64,000 nt of DNA from Bacilli bacterium (GTDB lineage: Bacteria > Bacillota_I > Bacilli_A > RFN20 > CAG-826), in NCBI GenBank assembly GCA_022641095.1, contig JALCDB010000001.1:238802-302801 (forward strand). The letters are read 5' to 3'. The translations under genes and the position numbers were made by a program. Below are positions 45,390 through 55,252 of this stretch, piece after piece (within the stretch, counting starts at the first letter, position 1; each line of letters starts with the position of its first letter). The notes under the pieces are model-generated. The model ran no database searches, was not told the origin of the DNA, and saw only the letters and a list, made by a program, of their open reading frames with translations.

Positions 45390-45875
45390 ATAACTTCTCC
45401 TTTCCTTAGCGTTGGAACAACGAAAAATACCTTTTGAAGAGGAATCAGCCAACAAATAACACAAAAACGATTAAAAACAGCTGGACTCTATACGCGCAAA
45501 GCTATTGCTAAAGCGTAATGAAGACCGCAAGAAGCGGCTCCTCAATGCGTGTCCCGATTCTCATCGACCACAAGACAAGGATAAGGGCCGAAATCTCATT
45601 TGTCAAACAATGGGAAAATCAAGACGGCATCAAGTAAATCAACTAATAAGAAACATGAGCGTCCATGGGGGAAACGATTTATAGACAAGTAATTTTTTTA
45701 CATTTTCCTACAGACAGGAAATTTTTAACGCACCATGCGGTTGCGCTCATTCGTTTAGCCTATGAACGGGTTTTTCGGACCTGCTGTCGTTTAACGGCAA
45801 AAAAACGGATTTTCGCTTGGTTCGATGGCCGAAAAGCCAAAAAAACGCCAATCCAAAACAAACGTTGGATATTCT

Positions 45876-46457
45876 CTAGCGCAAAGACAAATCGTACCTT
45901 CCTTTGTATTTCCTTTTGGCCAAAGCGGTCGTTCTTGCCACGAACCCACCCTTCGCGTCTGTGTACCCGTCCCTATCGTGCTCAAAACGACGCCACAAAG
46001 AAAGCTTCAGTTTTTCGTATTCCTTCGCTTTCTTCGAGTCGCCGTTCAAATAATCTCGGAAATAAAGTTCGTCGTTATCCCCAAAAAACCTTAGGTGCAA
46101 GTGAAAAACCTTATCCGCGAAGCCGTCTTTCGTATACCCCTTGTTGAAATCTTTTCGGCCACCGCTTTCCGCCATGCAAAGATACCCATGGGCAAGAAGG
46201 GCGTCTTTGAGGAGATCCATCGAAACGGAAGAAGGGATTTCCACAAGAATGTCAACGATCGGCTTCGCCCATATCTGTTTTATGGCGGTGCTGCCGATAT
46301 GGCTGATCCGAATCGCTTCCATGGGCGGCAAAAAAGAAAGCAGGTTCTTTTCCTCGTCCTCGTATTGCCTCTTCCAGTTCGGATTCGGCGGGACGAGGAA
46401 AACCGGAAACAGATCCCATAGTTCCTTCAGAGTCATTTCGGATAGCTCTTTTTTCAT
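45876..46457 (-). CDS. GrpB-family (UPF0157) protein
   Basis: ISHIGSTAIKQIWAKPIVDILVEIP, HLHLRFFGDNDELYFRDYL and YTDAKGGFV are typical of GrpB. Confidence 0.8.
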   Translation of the reverse strand: MKKELSEMTLKELWDLFPVFLVPPNPNWKRQYEDEEKNLLSFLPPMEAIRISHIGSTAIKQIWAKPIVDILVEIPSSVSMDLLKDALLAHGYLCMAESGGRKDFNKGYTKDGFADKVFHLHLRFFGDNDELYFRDYLNGDSKKAKEYEKLKLSLWRRFEHDRDGYTDAKGGFVARTTALAKRKYKGRYDLSLR

Positions 46458-46709
46458 TCGGGTTCCTTACCATTGACGATCGGTTTGCGGAGGCATAACG
46501 CTATTTCAACGCTCTGGCGTTTGCATCAAGATCGTAAAGCGCCGGTTCCTCAAAATCCGCGGTTTGCGGGCGTCTGAACTTCGCCGCAACAGACAAACGG
46601 ATACGAAACCATTCTACAACCTTTTACAGCGCCGTTTATTTTCAAAGAAAAACGGGGCGTAACGACCCCCAGCCCCACGATCCTGAGTTTCATGCGTAAA
46701 TCAAACGAA

Positions 46710-46739
46710 AGCGCGTCACGTTTTGGGGCGTGACGCGCT
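46710..46739 (-). terminator. 11-bp perfect hairpin after the hydrolase gene
   Basis: agcgcgtcacg (46710-46720) pairs with cgtgacgcgct (46729-46739). The minus strand continues TTTCGTTTGATTT. Confidence 0.55.
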
Positions 46740-46784
46740 GACATCAACTAATGCGGTTCGAATCGAACGATAATCGGAGAGACC

Positions 46785-48821
46785 TCACATGAACATGAAG
46801 CTTGAAGTGTGTCTTGTGATGGTTACCGCCATAATCGTCAGAACCAAAGCGCAAACGAAGGTTCCGGTCCAGATGTTACCTGTCTTTTTGTAGAGATAAC
46901 GACCGACGACGGCAATGAAGATCTGCGGAGCCAAGAGGTTCCAGATCATGATGCTCGGATCGCCGAACGTGTAGTAAGTCTGACCGGTCGAGGTCAATGT
47001 CGAATAGTTGATGGTGATCAAGAGAAGGAACGGGAGCAGATTGGCGATGGCGATGAACAACGTCGACCCCCATTCGGGAATCTCCTTGAATCTGCATCCG
47101 GCGTTCAGCAAAGAGTTCGAAATCATAAACACAAGCCAGAACGGCAAGTATCTGAAGAGAATCGCCGGAATCCACTCATATCTTGGAAGCCCAGCCGCGT
47201 ATACGGAAGCCTGGAAATTCATGCCAAAGCCTTTGTACGCGATATAGTTGGGGACATACATGAGCGCGACGACAAGAAGCGAGAACAAGAAGATCAAGGC
47301 CAGTTGCTTAAAACCCGAAACCTTGGCAAAACTAAACGGATTCATAACTTGGGTTCCATCATGCAAATGACAAAGCTTCCTGGCGATCCAGTTGACGAAA
47401 AGCATAAGGAAACTGAACAACCCGCAGACAAGCGTGAAGAGGGCGATGCCATTGACATTTGGGCACGAATACGCAGATGAGAATAGTCTCGTGGCGGCGT
47501 CGTAGCACGGATAATACGTGAAGAATGGGAATAGAATCAACGGAATGAACGTCACCAAAAACGGAACGTATTCCTTCCAGCTTTTGATAGACGGAAGTTC
47601 CGTGGGAGCGGAAATGGATTTTTTAACGGAGGTTCCGATCGCGAGAGCGGAATCGGAACGGCATCTTCGTTGCTCTACCAAATCGTCGAAAACGACGTTA
47701 TTCTCGATTCTGGGCGAGAACGCCATCCCATGGCTCACTTTCTTGATTTCGAATAAGCAAGCGACCAAAGTGATGGCGAGGCTGAAGAAGCAAAGCAATC
47801 CTAGGATCTGAAAAGCGGAGGCGATCCACCACGTCTGGCTGGTGCCGGACAAATACGTCATCCCTGTCGGCGTGCCATAAGCGGCGTAAAAGAACTCCAC
47901 TGTAAGTTTGGTGGCAATAGTCGAGAACGTGCCGCCAACGTGGGTGATCGACGGATTCCAAATCGCAACCGCGGAAGATACTCCAAGGCTGTTTCCGTCC
48001 GATGGAGACTGAACGGGCCCCTCTGGGGTATACCATTGGCCCTCTTTGACGGTCGTTTCATTGAAGGAGGGGTAAACATTCTTCACGATAACGGAGGCAA
48101 GAGGTCCGGACAAAAAGGTGTTCGAATTGAAATAATGGGTATCCAATTCGTCATATTTGCCAGCAGCCACGCCCAATATCAGATTCTTCTGACCCCCGGC
48201 AAAGAGGGCTGAGATGGTCCCGCAAGGGCAAAAGAAGGAAGATACCCGATTCTTCGCCCCATCAACGTTTATGGCTTTGATCGCGTTGATGCAATCCAAA
48301 TTGCCAGCGCTATGCCCGGTGACGCCGATCTTCGTATTGTCGACCTCGTCCATCGTCATGGCGTAGTTCACCGCGGCGACGACGCCTTCCGAACCTTTCG
48401 TATAATCGCCTATCTCAACGTCGCTGCGGCCATGGCCGGCCAAATCGGGGACGACAACCACGAATCCGCGCTTCGCCAACTCCGTGAAATTGGAGAGTTG
48501 CATCTCCTTGCTGTTGTTGTATCCATGCGCGCCGATGACGGCTGGAGCCGGATTGTCTTTCGTCGCGTTTTTCGGAACGTAGGTCGTGAACGAGAACTTG
48601 TAAGTATCGTTGGCATCGAAAAGGATATCAACGTCTTTCTTGTTCTCCTCAAGGTTTTCCTTCATCTTCGTCTGAAGCGAAGTGAGCGTCATGCAGTAGT
48701 TTGTTTCTTTGACCGAATAGCCGTTTGTTTTTACAAGCGAATAACCAAACATGCTGGCCAACATGAGAACGCTCGTGATTATGAGGGCCTTGATGGGGCC
48801 ACTCATTTTGAACTTTTTCAT
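46785..48821 (-). CDS. alpha/beta-hydrolase domain fused to a large polytopic membrane domain
   Basis: N-terminal TM, then the hydrolase core (VIGAHGYNNSKE...VVVPDLAGHGRSD...GVTGHSAGN nucleophile elbow), then about 350 aa with multiple TM helices. Confidence 0.7.
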   Translation of the reverse strand: MKKFKMSGPIKALIITSVLMLASMFGYSLVKTNGYSVKETNYCMTLTSLQTKMKENLEENKKDVDILFDANDTYKFSFTTYVPKNATKDNPAPAVIGAHGYNNSKEMQLSNFTELAKRGFVVVVPDLAGHGRSDVEIGDYTKGSEGVVAAVNYAMTMDEVDNTKIGVTGHSAGNLDCINAIKAINVDGAKNRVSSFFCPCGTISALFAGGQKNLILGVAAGKYDELDTHYFNSNTFLSGPLASVIVKNVYPSFNETTVKEGQWYTPEGPVQSPSDGNSLGVSSAVAIWNPSITHVGGTFSTIATKLTVEFFYAAYGTPTGMTYLSGTSQTWWIASAFQILGLLCFFSLAITLVACLFEIKKVSHGMAFSPRIENNVVFDDLVEQRRCRSDSALAIGTSVKKSISAPTELPSIKSWKEYVPFLVTFIPLILFPFFTYYPCYDAATRLFSSAYSCPNVNGIALFTLVCGLFSFLMLFVNWIARKLCHLHDGTQVMNPFSFAKVSGFKQLALIFLFSLLVVALMYVPNYIAYKGFGMNFQASVYAAGLPRYEWIPAILFRYLPFWLVFMISNSLLNAGCRFKEIPEWGSTLFIAIANLLPFLLLITINYSTLTSTGQTYYTFGDPSIMIWNLLAPQIFIAVVGRYLYKKTGNIWTGTFVCALVLTIMAVTITRHTSSFMFM

Positions 48822-48957
48822 TTTTTTCTCCTTTCACCCTTTAAGAGTGTTGTTTTTCGTAGATAACGCAATAAACCATAACGTCGCTCCTCATCGACAT
48901 TTCATTTTCTTTTATTAATCCAATTGCCTTATCCTCCCATAAAACCGTTGATAAACG

Positions 48958-50367
48958 CTAATTTTTTAAATTAGACGGCAGAACTACCAAATCAGTATTC
49001 GTCAGTTTCGCGAAAAGCCTGATATCGTCAAGAGTCAGACAATTTGAGATCACGGAATGGTGACCGCCTCCGTTTTCAAGCCAAAATTCCGTCCCCTCCC
49101 TGAAAGAAGGAAGGATCTTCCACATCAGCCGAGCGACAGGGAGCTTTGGCATATCTTTGGCTTTGATGAGCTCGATCTCCATCGCAATCAATCTGAAAGA
49201 AGAGCCGAGATCGATCATGGTAACTTGAATGCCTTTGCCTTGAATCCCGTTGAAAACCAGTCTCGCGGGGGCCTCTTTGCCGCCAATGCTCAAAGGATGG
49301 ACCTCGATTCTCGGCTTATCTGAGGCGAGTTTCGGAGAGACTTCCAGCATGTGGGATCCCAATTCCAATTCCTGGTTTTGGGTAAGATCGTACGTGTAAT
49401 CCTCTATGAAGCCCGTTCCGCCGTCCCTTTTTTCGCTCATCTTCATCAAAACGGCGCTCAAACAGGCGGTTTTGTAATCCCCTTCTGGGCCAAAACCGAT
49501 TCCTTCCCCCATAAGGTTTTGAACGGCCAGACCCGGAAGTTGCCGAAGACCGTGCAAGTCCTGAAAAGTGTCCGTAAAGGCCGAAATATGGTTCTTCTTT
49601 ATGAATTTGTGCAGCGCAACGTCGTATTTCGCCTGTTCTCTTACGCTTTCAAGGCGGTCGGTGCTGAACTGGTATTTGAGCGAATACTCTTTCAGTTTGG
49701 CATCGGTTTCGCTTTCGGTTGTTTGGCTGATGAGATCGACCAAGTCGCCGATTCCGTAGTAATTCGCTTCCCACCCGAAATCGATTTGGCTTTGCACCCT
49801 GTCGCCATCCGTCACCGCCACCTCTCGCATGTTGTTCCCGAAACAAGCCGCATTTAGATTTTTGGAATAATCGATCGCCAAAGCGACCTCAGCGAATTCC
49901 CTGATCTCAGAAACCACGCTCTCGTGCTGGTAGAAGCCGCAAACCGTTTTGTGCTTGATCCCCAGACGTTTCAGGATGAAGGCGAACTCGCGATCGCCGT
50001 GGGCGGACTGATTAAGGTTCATGAAGTCCATGTCAATGTCGGAATAAGGAATGCGTTCGTTGCTCTGCGTATGCAAATGAAGCAAGGGTTTATGAAGGAT
50101 TTGAAGGCCTTTGATCCACATCTTCGCCGGCGAAAAAGTGTGCATCCATAAAATGAGGCCCACACAGTCTTCATCAGCGTTGGCTTCGTTCATAAGCCGA
50201 ACGACTTGATCGGAACTTAAAATCGTAGAACGGAACTCAATGGAAACGACGTCTTTGATTCTGCCGTCAAGGAAGGCGCCGATACGCTTACCGTCATCCG
50301 TCACTTTTTTTATGACTTCTTCGCCATACAAATCCTGGCATCCTACCGCGAATAAAAGTTTTTTCAT
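48958..50367 (-). CDS. araA: L-arabinose isomerase
   Basis: Strong collinearity with AraA: GCQDLYGEE, WMHTFSPAKMWIKGLQILHKPLLHLHTQ, DMDFMNLNQSAHGDREF, FGNNMREVAVTDGD, LGSHMLEV. Confidence 0.85.
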   Translation of the reverse strand: MKKLLFAVGCQDLYGEEVIKKVTDDGKRIGAFLDGRIKDVVSIEFRSTILSSDQVVRLMNEANADEDCVGLILWMHTFSPAKMWIKGLQILHKPLLHLHTQSNERIPYSDIDMDFMNLNQSAHGDREFAFILKRLGIKHKTVCGFYQHESVVSEIREFAEVALAIDYSKNLNAACFGNNMREVAVTDGDRVQSQIDFGWEANYYGIGDLVDLISQTTESETDAKLKEYSLKYQFSTDRLESVREQAKYDVALHKFIKKNHISAFTDTFQDLHGLRQLPGLAVQNLMGEGIGFGPEGDYKTACLSAVLMKMSEKRDGGTGFIEDYTYDLTQNQELELGSHMLEVSPKLASDKPRIEVHPLSIGGKEAPARLVFNGIQGKGIQVTMIDLGSSFRLIAMEIELIKAKDMPKLPVARLMWKILPSFREGTEFWLENGGGHHSVISNCLTLDDIRLFAKLTNTDLVVLPSNLKN

Positions 50368-51071
50368 TTTATGTCCCCTTTTTGGCCATACGTTTTATTT
50401 GGTCCGTGTTTCCTTGCGAAATGCTCATCCAAAAGGCATTGGCTGATCCTTTGCGCGTCAGGGTCGAGCTGCAACGTGACGAAATTCATTTTTGCGCACT
50501 GCTCGATAATGATGGCCGTTTCCACCGAGCGCTTCGCCGAATCGCCCCATGCAAACACCCCATGGTTGGCAACCAAACACCCAGGAGAGTTTCTATAGTC
50601 AACATCCTTATCCTTGAAGCGCTTCACTATCGAAAGACCCGTGTTCGCTGTGTAATCGTGGCGTATTTCGTTCTCGGATAAAGGCTCGGTGCAAGGTATG
50701 TTCCCATAAAACGAATCGGCTTGGGTCGTGCCAAAAGGCACGATTTCCTTTTTGGCCTGCGCGAAAGCCGTAGCGAAAACGCTGTGGGTATGGCAAACGC
50801 CACTGATTTCCGGAAATCGCTCATATAAAACCATGTGCGTCGGCAAATCGACGGATGGCGCTAAGCGCCCCTCCACCACACGACCCAAAACGGAGCAAAC
50901 AACCATATCCTCCGGCGTCAAGAGGGCATAGGGAACGCCACTTGGCTTGATGACAATGTATTTCCTGGTTGGATCGATTCCCGAAACGTTTCCCCAAGTG
51001 AGCACCGCCAAATCGCTCTTCGACAAGAGAACGTTCGCCTCACAAACCTCTTTTTTCAGTTGCTCTAGCAT
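50364..51071 (-). CDS. araD: L-ribulose-5-phosphate 4-epimerase
   Basis: MLEQLKKEVCEANVLL...TWGNVSGIDPTRKYIVIKPSGV...HTHSVFATAFAQA: class II aldolase/AraD motifs. Confidence 0.9.
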   Translation of the reverse strand: MLEQLKKEVCEANVLLSKSDLAVLTWGNVSGIDPTRKYIVIKPSGVPYALLTPEDMVVCSVLGRVVEGRLAPSVDLPTHMVLYERFPEISGVCHTHSVFATAFAQAKKEIVPFGTTQADSFYGNIPCTEPLSENEIRHDYTANTGLSIVKRFKDKDVDYRNSPGCLVANHGVFAWGDSAKRSVETAIIIEQCAKMNFVTLQLDPDAQRISQCLLDEHFARKHGPNKTYGQKGDIK

Positions 51072-52660
51072 TTTTCCAGCGCCTCCCCCAAAAATCTTTC
51101 CGCCTCAAGGCAATCGACGAATCGCTTACGATATTTCAAAAACTCCAAACGCGTTTTTCGATTTGGCTTCTGAACCACGAAAACGTGGTTGGAAAACGCT
51201 TTCGAATCAAGGAAGTCACAAAGGGACATGCCGTCTTTATAAAACGAGTAAAGCGATAACAGAGCCATGCCCCAAGCCCCTCCTTCGCCCGTCGCATGAT
51301 TGAGATAGATTTCGTGGTTGATCGCGGAAGCCAAAACGACCCCGGCCACGCCTTCGACGTTGAACACGCCGCCATGGGCGAAGATTGTGTCCAAAACGAT
51401 ATTCTCTTTGTCGAGGAGCTCTTTCCCGAGCGAAAAAGTCGCAAAGGCGGCAAAGAGTTGACCAAGCACGATGCTATCAATGGTCATTTTGCCCTGTTGG
51501 GAAGACGCGAAAAGCATGGCGCCTTTCCCGACCTTCATCAGGTTCTCCCCCGACAGAAAATTGAAATACACCTGATGATCGAGCGTGTTGTTCTCATCAA
51601 GAACGCTCTGAAGCAAGGCCTCGAAAATCTCCGTTTTCGACTTCTGCACCCCGACCTTGCTCAGGGTCTGCTCAGCCAAATCCATCACTTGGTTGATACC
51701 AGCCGTGCAATTGTTGCAATGAATCATGGCGGCCGGATTCCCGTCCGGGGTGGTTATGACGTCGATCTCCGGATAGACCTTGCTTAAATTCCGTCCTAAG
51801 ACGAACGAACCGAAAACGCTGGTCCCCGCGGAGATATTACCGTTTCCTTTTTTGATTGAGTTCGTGCACACCAAGCCGGTCGCCGCATCGCCCTCGGGCG
51901 GGCAAAAGGGAACCCCCGCTCGCAAATCGCCCTCTGGATCAAGCAATAGACGGCCTTCTTCAGTTAATGAGCCGGCGTTCTCCCCAGGGTTGAGCGTCGG
52001 GGGGAACAACGCCTTCAGTTCGAGGGAGCAACCGTTGCGACGGAACAAACCTTCCGTCAACTCGATGCCATCCCGATCGTATGAGCCGTCGCCCGACAAA
52101 GGAAAAATACCGCTGGCGTCCGTTTTGCCCACGCAAAAGGCTCCAGTCAAGCGATGATGAATATAAGAAGCGAGGGTGAAAATCCGATCGATCTTGGGCA
52201 CGAATTCCTCATGACGCCTTACGGAATAAAACAATTGGGCGATGCTCCATCGAGCCGGAATGTTGAAATTGAGTTCCGAAGACAAAATGGACGCCTCTTC
52301 TTCGGCGTTGTTGCAACGCCACGTTCTAAAAGGGCAGAGAAGATCGTTTTGAGCATCGACGGCGATCAGCCCATGCATCATCGCCGAAACGCCGATTCCG
52401 GAAAGGCATTCGATCGTCAACCCCGTTTTTTCCTTAAAACGACGTTTCATGGAAAGGTAGCATTTCCCAACTCCCGCAACGGCCTTCTCCAGCGAGTATG
52501 ACCAAAAGCCATCAACGAGGACGTTTTCCCATAGATAAACGCCGGTCGAAAGGATTTGGCCGTCCCGATCGACAAGGCAGCATTTTATTCTTGTCGACCC
52601 CAGTTCAATACCAAGCCAATATTGTCCGTTGCCGGTTTTTAGCGATGCGCTGTTTCCCAT
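51065..52660 (-). CDS. araB: FGGY-family sugar kinase, probable ribulokinase
   Basis: Start at ATG 52660. The N-terminus WLGIELGSTRIKCCLV is FGGY-like. It lies in an operon with araD and araA. Confidence 0.75.
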   Translation of the reverse strand: MGNSASLKTGNGQYWLGIELGSTRIKCCLVDRDGQILSTGVYLWENVLVDGFWSYSLEKAVAGVGKCYLSMKRRFKEKTGLTIECLSGIGVSAMMHGLIAVDAQNDLLCPFRTWRCNNAEEEASILSSELNFNIPARWSIAQLFYSVRRHEEFVPKIDRIFTLASYIHHRLTGAFCVGKTDASGIFPLSGDGSYDRDGIELTEGLFRRNGCSLELKALFPPTLNPGENAGSLTEEGRLLLDPEGDLRAGVPFCPPEGDAATGLVCTNSIKKGNGNISAGTSVFGSFVLGRNLSKVYPEIDVITTPDGNPAAMIHCNNCTAGINQVMDLAEQTLSKVGVQKSKTEIFEALLQSVLDENNTLDHQVYFNFLSGENLMKVGKGAMLFASSQQGKMTIDSIVLGQLFAAFATFSLGKELLDKENIVLDTIFAHGGVFNVEGVAGVVLASAINHEIYLNHATGEGGAWGMALLSLYSFYKDGMSLCDFLDSKAFSNHVFVVQKPNRKTRLEFLKYRKRFVDCLEAERFLGEALEKC

Positions 52661-52760
52661 ACAAGTGGCATTGTAAGCACTTTCATAGTTCGTCACTAAT
52701 GGACAAAAGAACCAAAAAACATTGAAAACGTTCGCGTATTTATGTAATATTTTGCTTATT

Positions 52761-53618
52761 ATGAGGAATTTGTTCGATTCGGAAAAACTGGAAGCCACCT
52801 TAAAGGATTACTTCAAAGTAACGAACATTCGCATCGCCATTTTGGACACATCGTACAAAGACATCGGAGGATATCCAAAACGGCGATCGAGTCTGTGCGA
52901 ATATATAAGAACGAACAAAAAAGCCGATTCTTTGTGTCGCGAATGCGATCATCGGGCCTGTTCCATCGTCAAAGACACGATGAATTCGTATCTATATCAA
53001 TGCCATGCCGGATTGTACGAAAGCATCGTGCCCCTTCAAGTCAATGGACTGTTGGTTGGCTATTTGTTTTTCGCCCATATGGTATCCGGAAGTTCGCATG
53101 CCGATTGCTATAAGAAAATAAGCCAAAGGACAAAGCGGTTCGGCTTAGATGAGACAAAGATAAAAAGCCTTGTCTATCAATCGCCTTTGCTAACCATAGA
53201 TTACATAAAAGCCGCAACAAGGTTGCTGGAAACCATAGCTATCCACCTATGCATGCAAAAAATGGGTTTCTTCAAAAAAACCGATGACTTACCGATTCTG
53301 ATTAATAAGTACATCGGTGATAACTTAACGAACAGCCTAACCATATCCGACATCTGCGGTTCCATTGGCATCGGCAAAACAAAACTGTCCCAAATCTCAA
53401 AACGCTATTTCAACATCGGGATCCATGGCCATATCCGAGAACTGAGGATCAATAAAGCCAAAGAGATTCTTATCAGCGAACCCGATACGAGAATCGATGA
53501 CGTTTGCCAGCGTTGCGGCTTTGAGAATTACAACTATTTCATCAGCATCTTCAAAGAAACGGTCGGAATGACGCCAAAAAAGTTTCAATTATCCAATAAC
53601 GCGGAAACGGATCGATAG
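52761..53618 (+). CDS. AraC-family regulator with an N-terminal PocR sensor domain
   Basis: PocR-like Cys motif (CEYIRTNKKADSLCRECDHRAC...YQCHAGLYE) with a C-terminal AraC HTH. It is divergent from araB. Confidence 0.8.
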   Translation: MRNLFDSEKLEATLKDYFKVTNIRIAILDTSYKDIGGYPKRRSSLCEYIRTNKKADSLCRECDHRACSIVKDTMNSYLYQCHAGLYESIVPLQVNGLLVGYLFFAHMVSGSSHADCYKKISQRTKRFGLDETKIKSLVYQSPLLTIDYIKAATRLLETIAIHLCMQKMGFFKKTDDLPILINKYIGDNLTNSLTISDICGSIGIGKTKLSQISKRYFNIGIHGHIRELRINKAKEILISEPDTRIDDVCQRCGFENYNYFISIFKETVGMTPKKFQLSNNAETDR

Positions 53619-53759
53619 GAGTTTATTCCCAAAATAGGTCAAAAGCGGCGATTCGGTTATCGTTTTGGCGAAGCCCTGAGGAAGAAAGACCGCAAAACAT
53701 CGCTTTTTTGGTTGATTTACGTTCTTTTCGTCATAGATTACTGGTAAGGAGATTCTCAT

Positions 53760-55181
53760 ATGATCACTCTTTTCATCGTTTGCCTCATCCGCGCCCTCTT
53801 CTTCAAACCCAAGAAACGGCGGAACGAGCCGATCGAAAAGGTCCAACTTGACGAAGAAAAAGCGGTTGAAGACCTTCAGGCCCTCATCCGTTGCAAAACC
53901 GTATCTCATCGCGACATTAGGGAGGACAACGAGGAAGAATTCGAGAAATTGGAGAAAACGCTCCAAAGCAACTATCCTAACGTTTTCAAAGCCGCCGAGT
54001 TCAGGAAACTGGGAAAAAGGGAGATCATGCTTCGCCTTTTGGGGAAAAACGGCGACAGGAACCGCGCTTCCGTCCTGATGGCCCATTACGACGTCGTGGA
54101 CGTGGAGAAGAAGAATTGGAAGGAGGAAGCTTTCGCGGGCATACGGAAAGACGGCGAACTATGGGGTCGGGGAACGATCGACACCAAAGGGACCCTCAAC
54201 GGTATCCTGTGCGCGGCCGATCAGCTCTTGTCTCAGGGGTGGACTCCCGAAAACGATATGTGCCTCTGCTTTTCGGGCAACGAGGAAGTCGCCGGGAACG
54301 GGGCCGAATCGGCGGTTCGTTTTTTCGTGGACAACAATATCGAGCCAATCGTCGTCCTCGATGAGGGCGGAGGGATTGTGAATGGCCTCTTCCCAGGCGT
54401 CGGTGGCGACACCGCGGTCATCGGAACGACCGAAAAGGGCGGGCTTTCGCTTGAGTTCCATATCGACGGGGAGGGAGGGCACGCCTCAGCGCCCGCCCCG
54501 CACACCCCGGTCGGTGAATTGGCGAGACTGGCCGTCGAGATCGAAAAGAAGCCCTTCCCGTTCCGCCTTACCAAAGCGGCCCGTGAAATGTTCGACGTCC
54601 TGGGCCGCCATTCCTCCTTCAAATACCGGATCGTCTTCGCGAACCTGTGGCTGTTTTGGCCCCTTTTAAATTCGTTCGCGAAAAAGGAGGGCGGCCAGAT
54701 GAACGCCGTGGTTCGCACGACGTGCGCGCTTACCATGATGCAAGGGTCGCCCGTATCGAACGTCGTTCCTTCAAGGGCGATGATTGGCATGAACCTTCGG
54801 CTTCTGCCTGGGGAGACGATAAAGCAAGTCAAGGCCAAATACGAGAGAATGCTGCGGAAACTCCGAATAAACGCCTCGATGGTCTCGCTTTACGGGTGGG
54901 AGGCCTCAAACATATCCTCAACCGAAACGGAATCGTATCGAAAGGTGTCAAAAGCCATCGAGGATACCTGGGAACGGCAGACGATCGTCGCCCCCTTCGT
55001 CATGACGGCCTGCGCGGACGCCCGGTTCTGGAGCCGGATCAGCGACAAGGTTTACCGCTTTTCGGCCATGCGTTTGCGAAGCGACCAACTGCGGATGATC
55101 CACGGCGACAACGAGCGCCTGACCGAAGGGCAAATCGCCGAAACGGTCGAGTTCTATTATCGGCTCGAACGATCCTTATAA
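53760..55181 (+). CDS. M20-family metallopeptidase / carboxypeptidase with an N-terminal TM anchor
   Basis: MAHYDVVDV, GRGTIDTKG and GNEEVAGNG motifs. GGAG RBS. Confidence 0.85.
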   Translation: MITLFIVCLIRALFFKPKKRRNEPIEKVQLDEEKAVEDLQALIRCKTVSHRDIREDNEEEFEKLEKTLQSNYPNVFKAAEFRKLGKREIMLRLLGKNGDRNRASVLMAHYDVVDVEKKNWKEEAFAGIRKDGELWGRGTIDTKGTLNGILCAADQLLSQGWTPENDMCLCFSGNEEVAGNGAESAVRFFVDNNIEPIVVLDEGGGIVNGLFPGVGGDTAVIGTTEKGGLSLEFHIDGEGGHASAPAPHTPVGELARLAVEIEKKPFPFRLTKAAREMFDVLGRHSSFKYRIVFANLWLFWPLLNSFAKKEGGQMNAVVRTTCALTMMQGSPVSNVVPSRAMIGMNLRLLPGETIKQVKAKYERMLRKLRINASMVSLYGWEASNISSTETESYRKVSKAIEDTWERQTIVAPFVMTACADARFWSRISDKVYRFSAMRLRSDQLRMIHGDNERLTEGQIAETVEFYYRLERSL

Positions 55182-55252
55182 GATGCTCTTCAAAAGCGAA
55201 AAGCATAGATGCGGGAACTAGCGTCGCGACGCCAGCGCTAACTAAGAAATGC

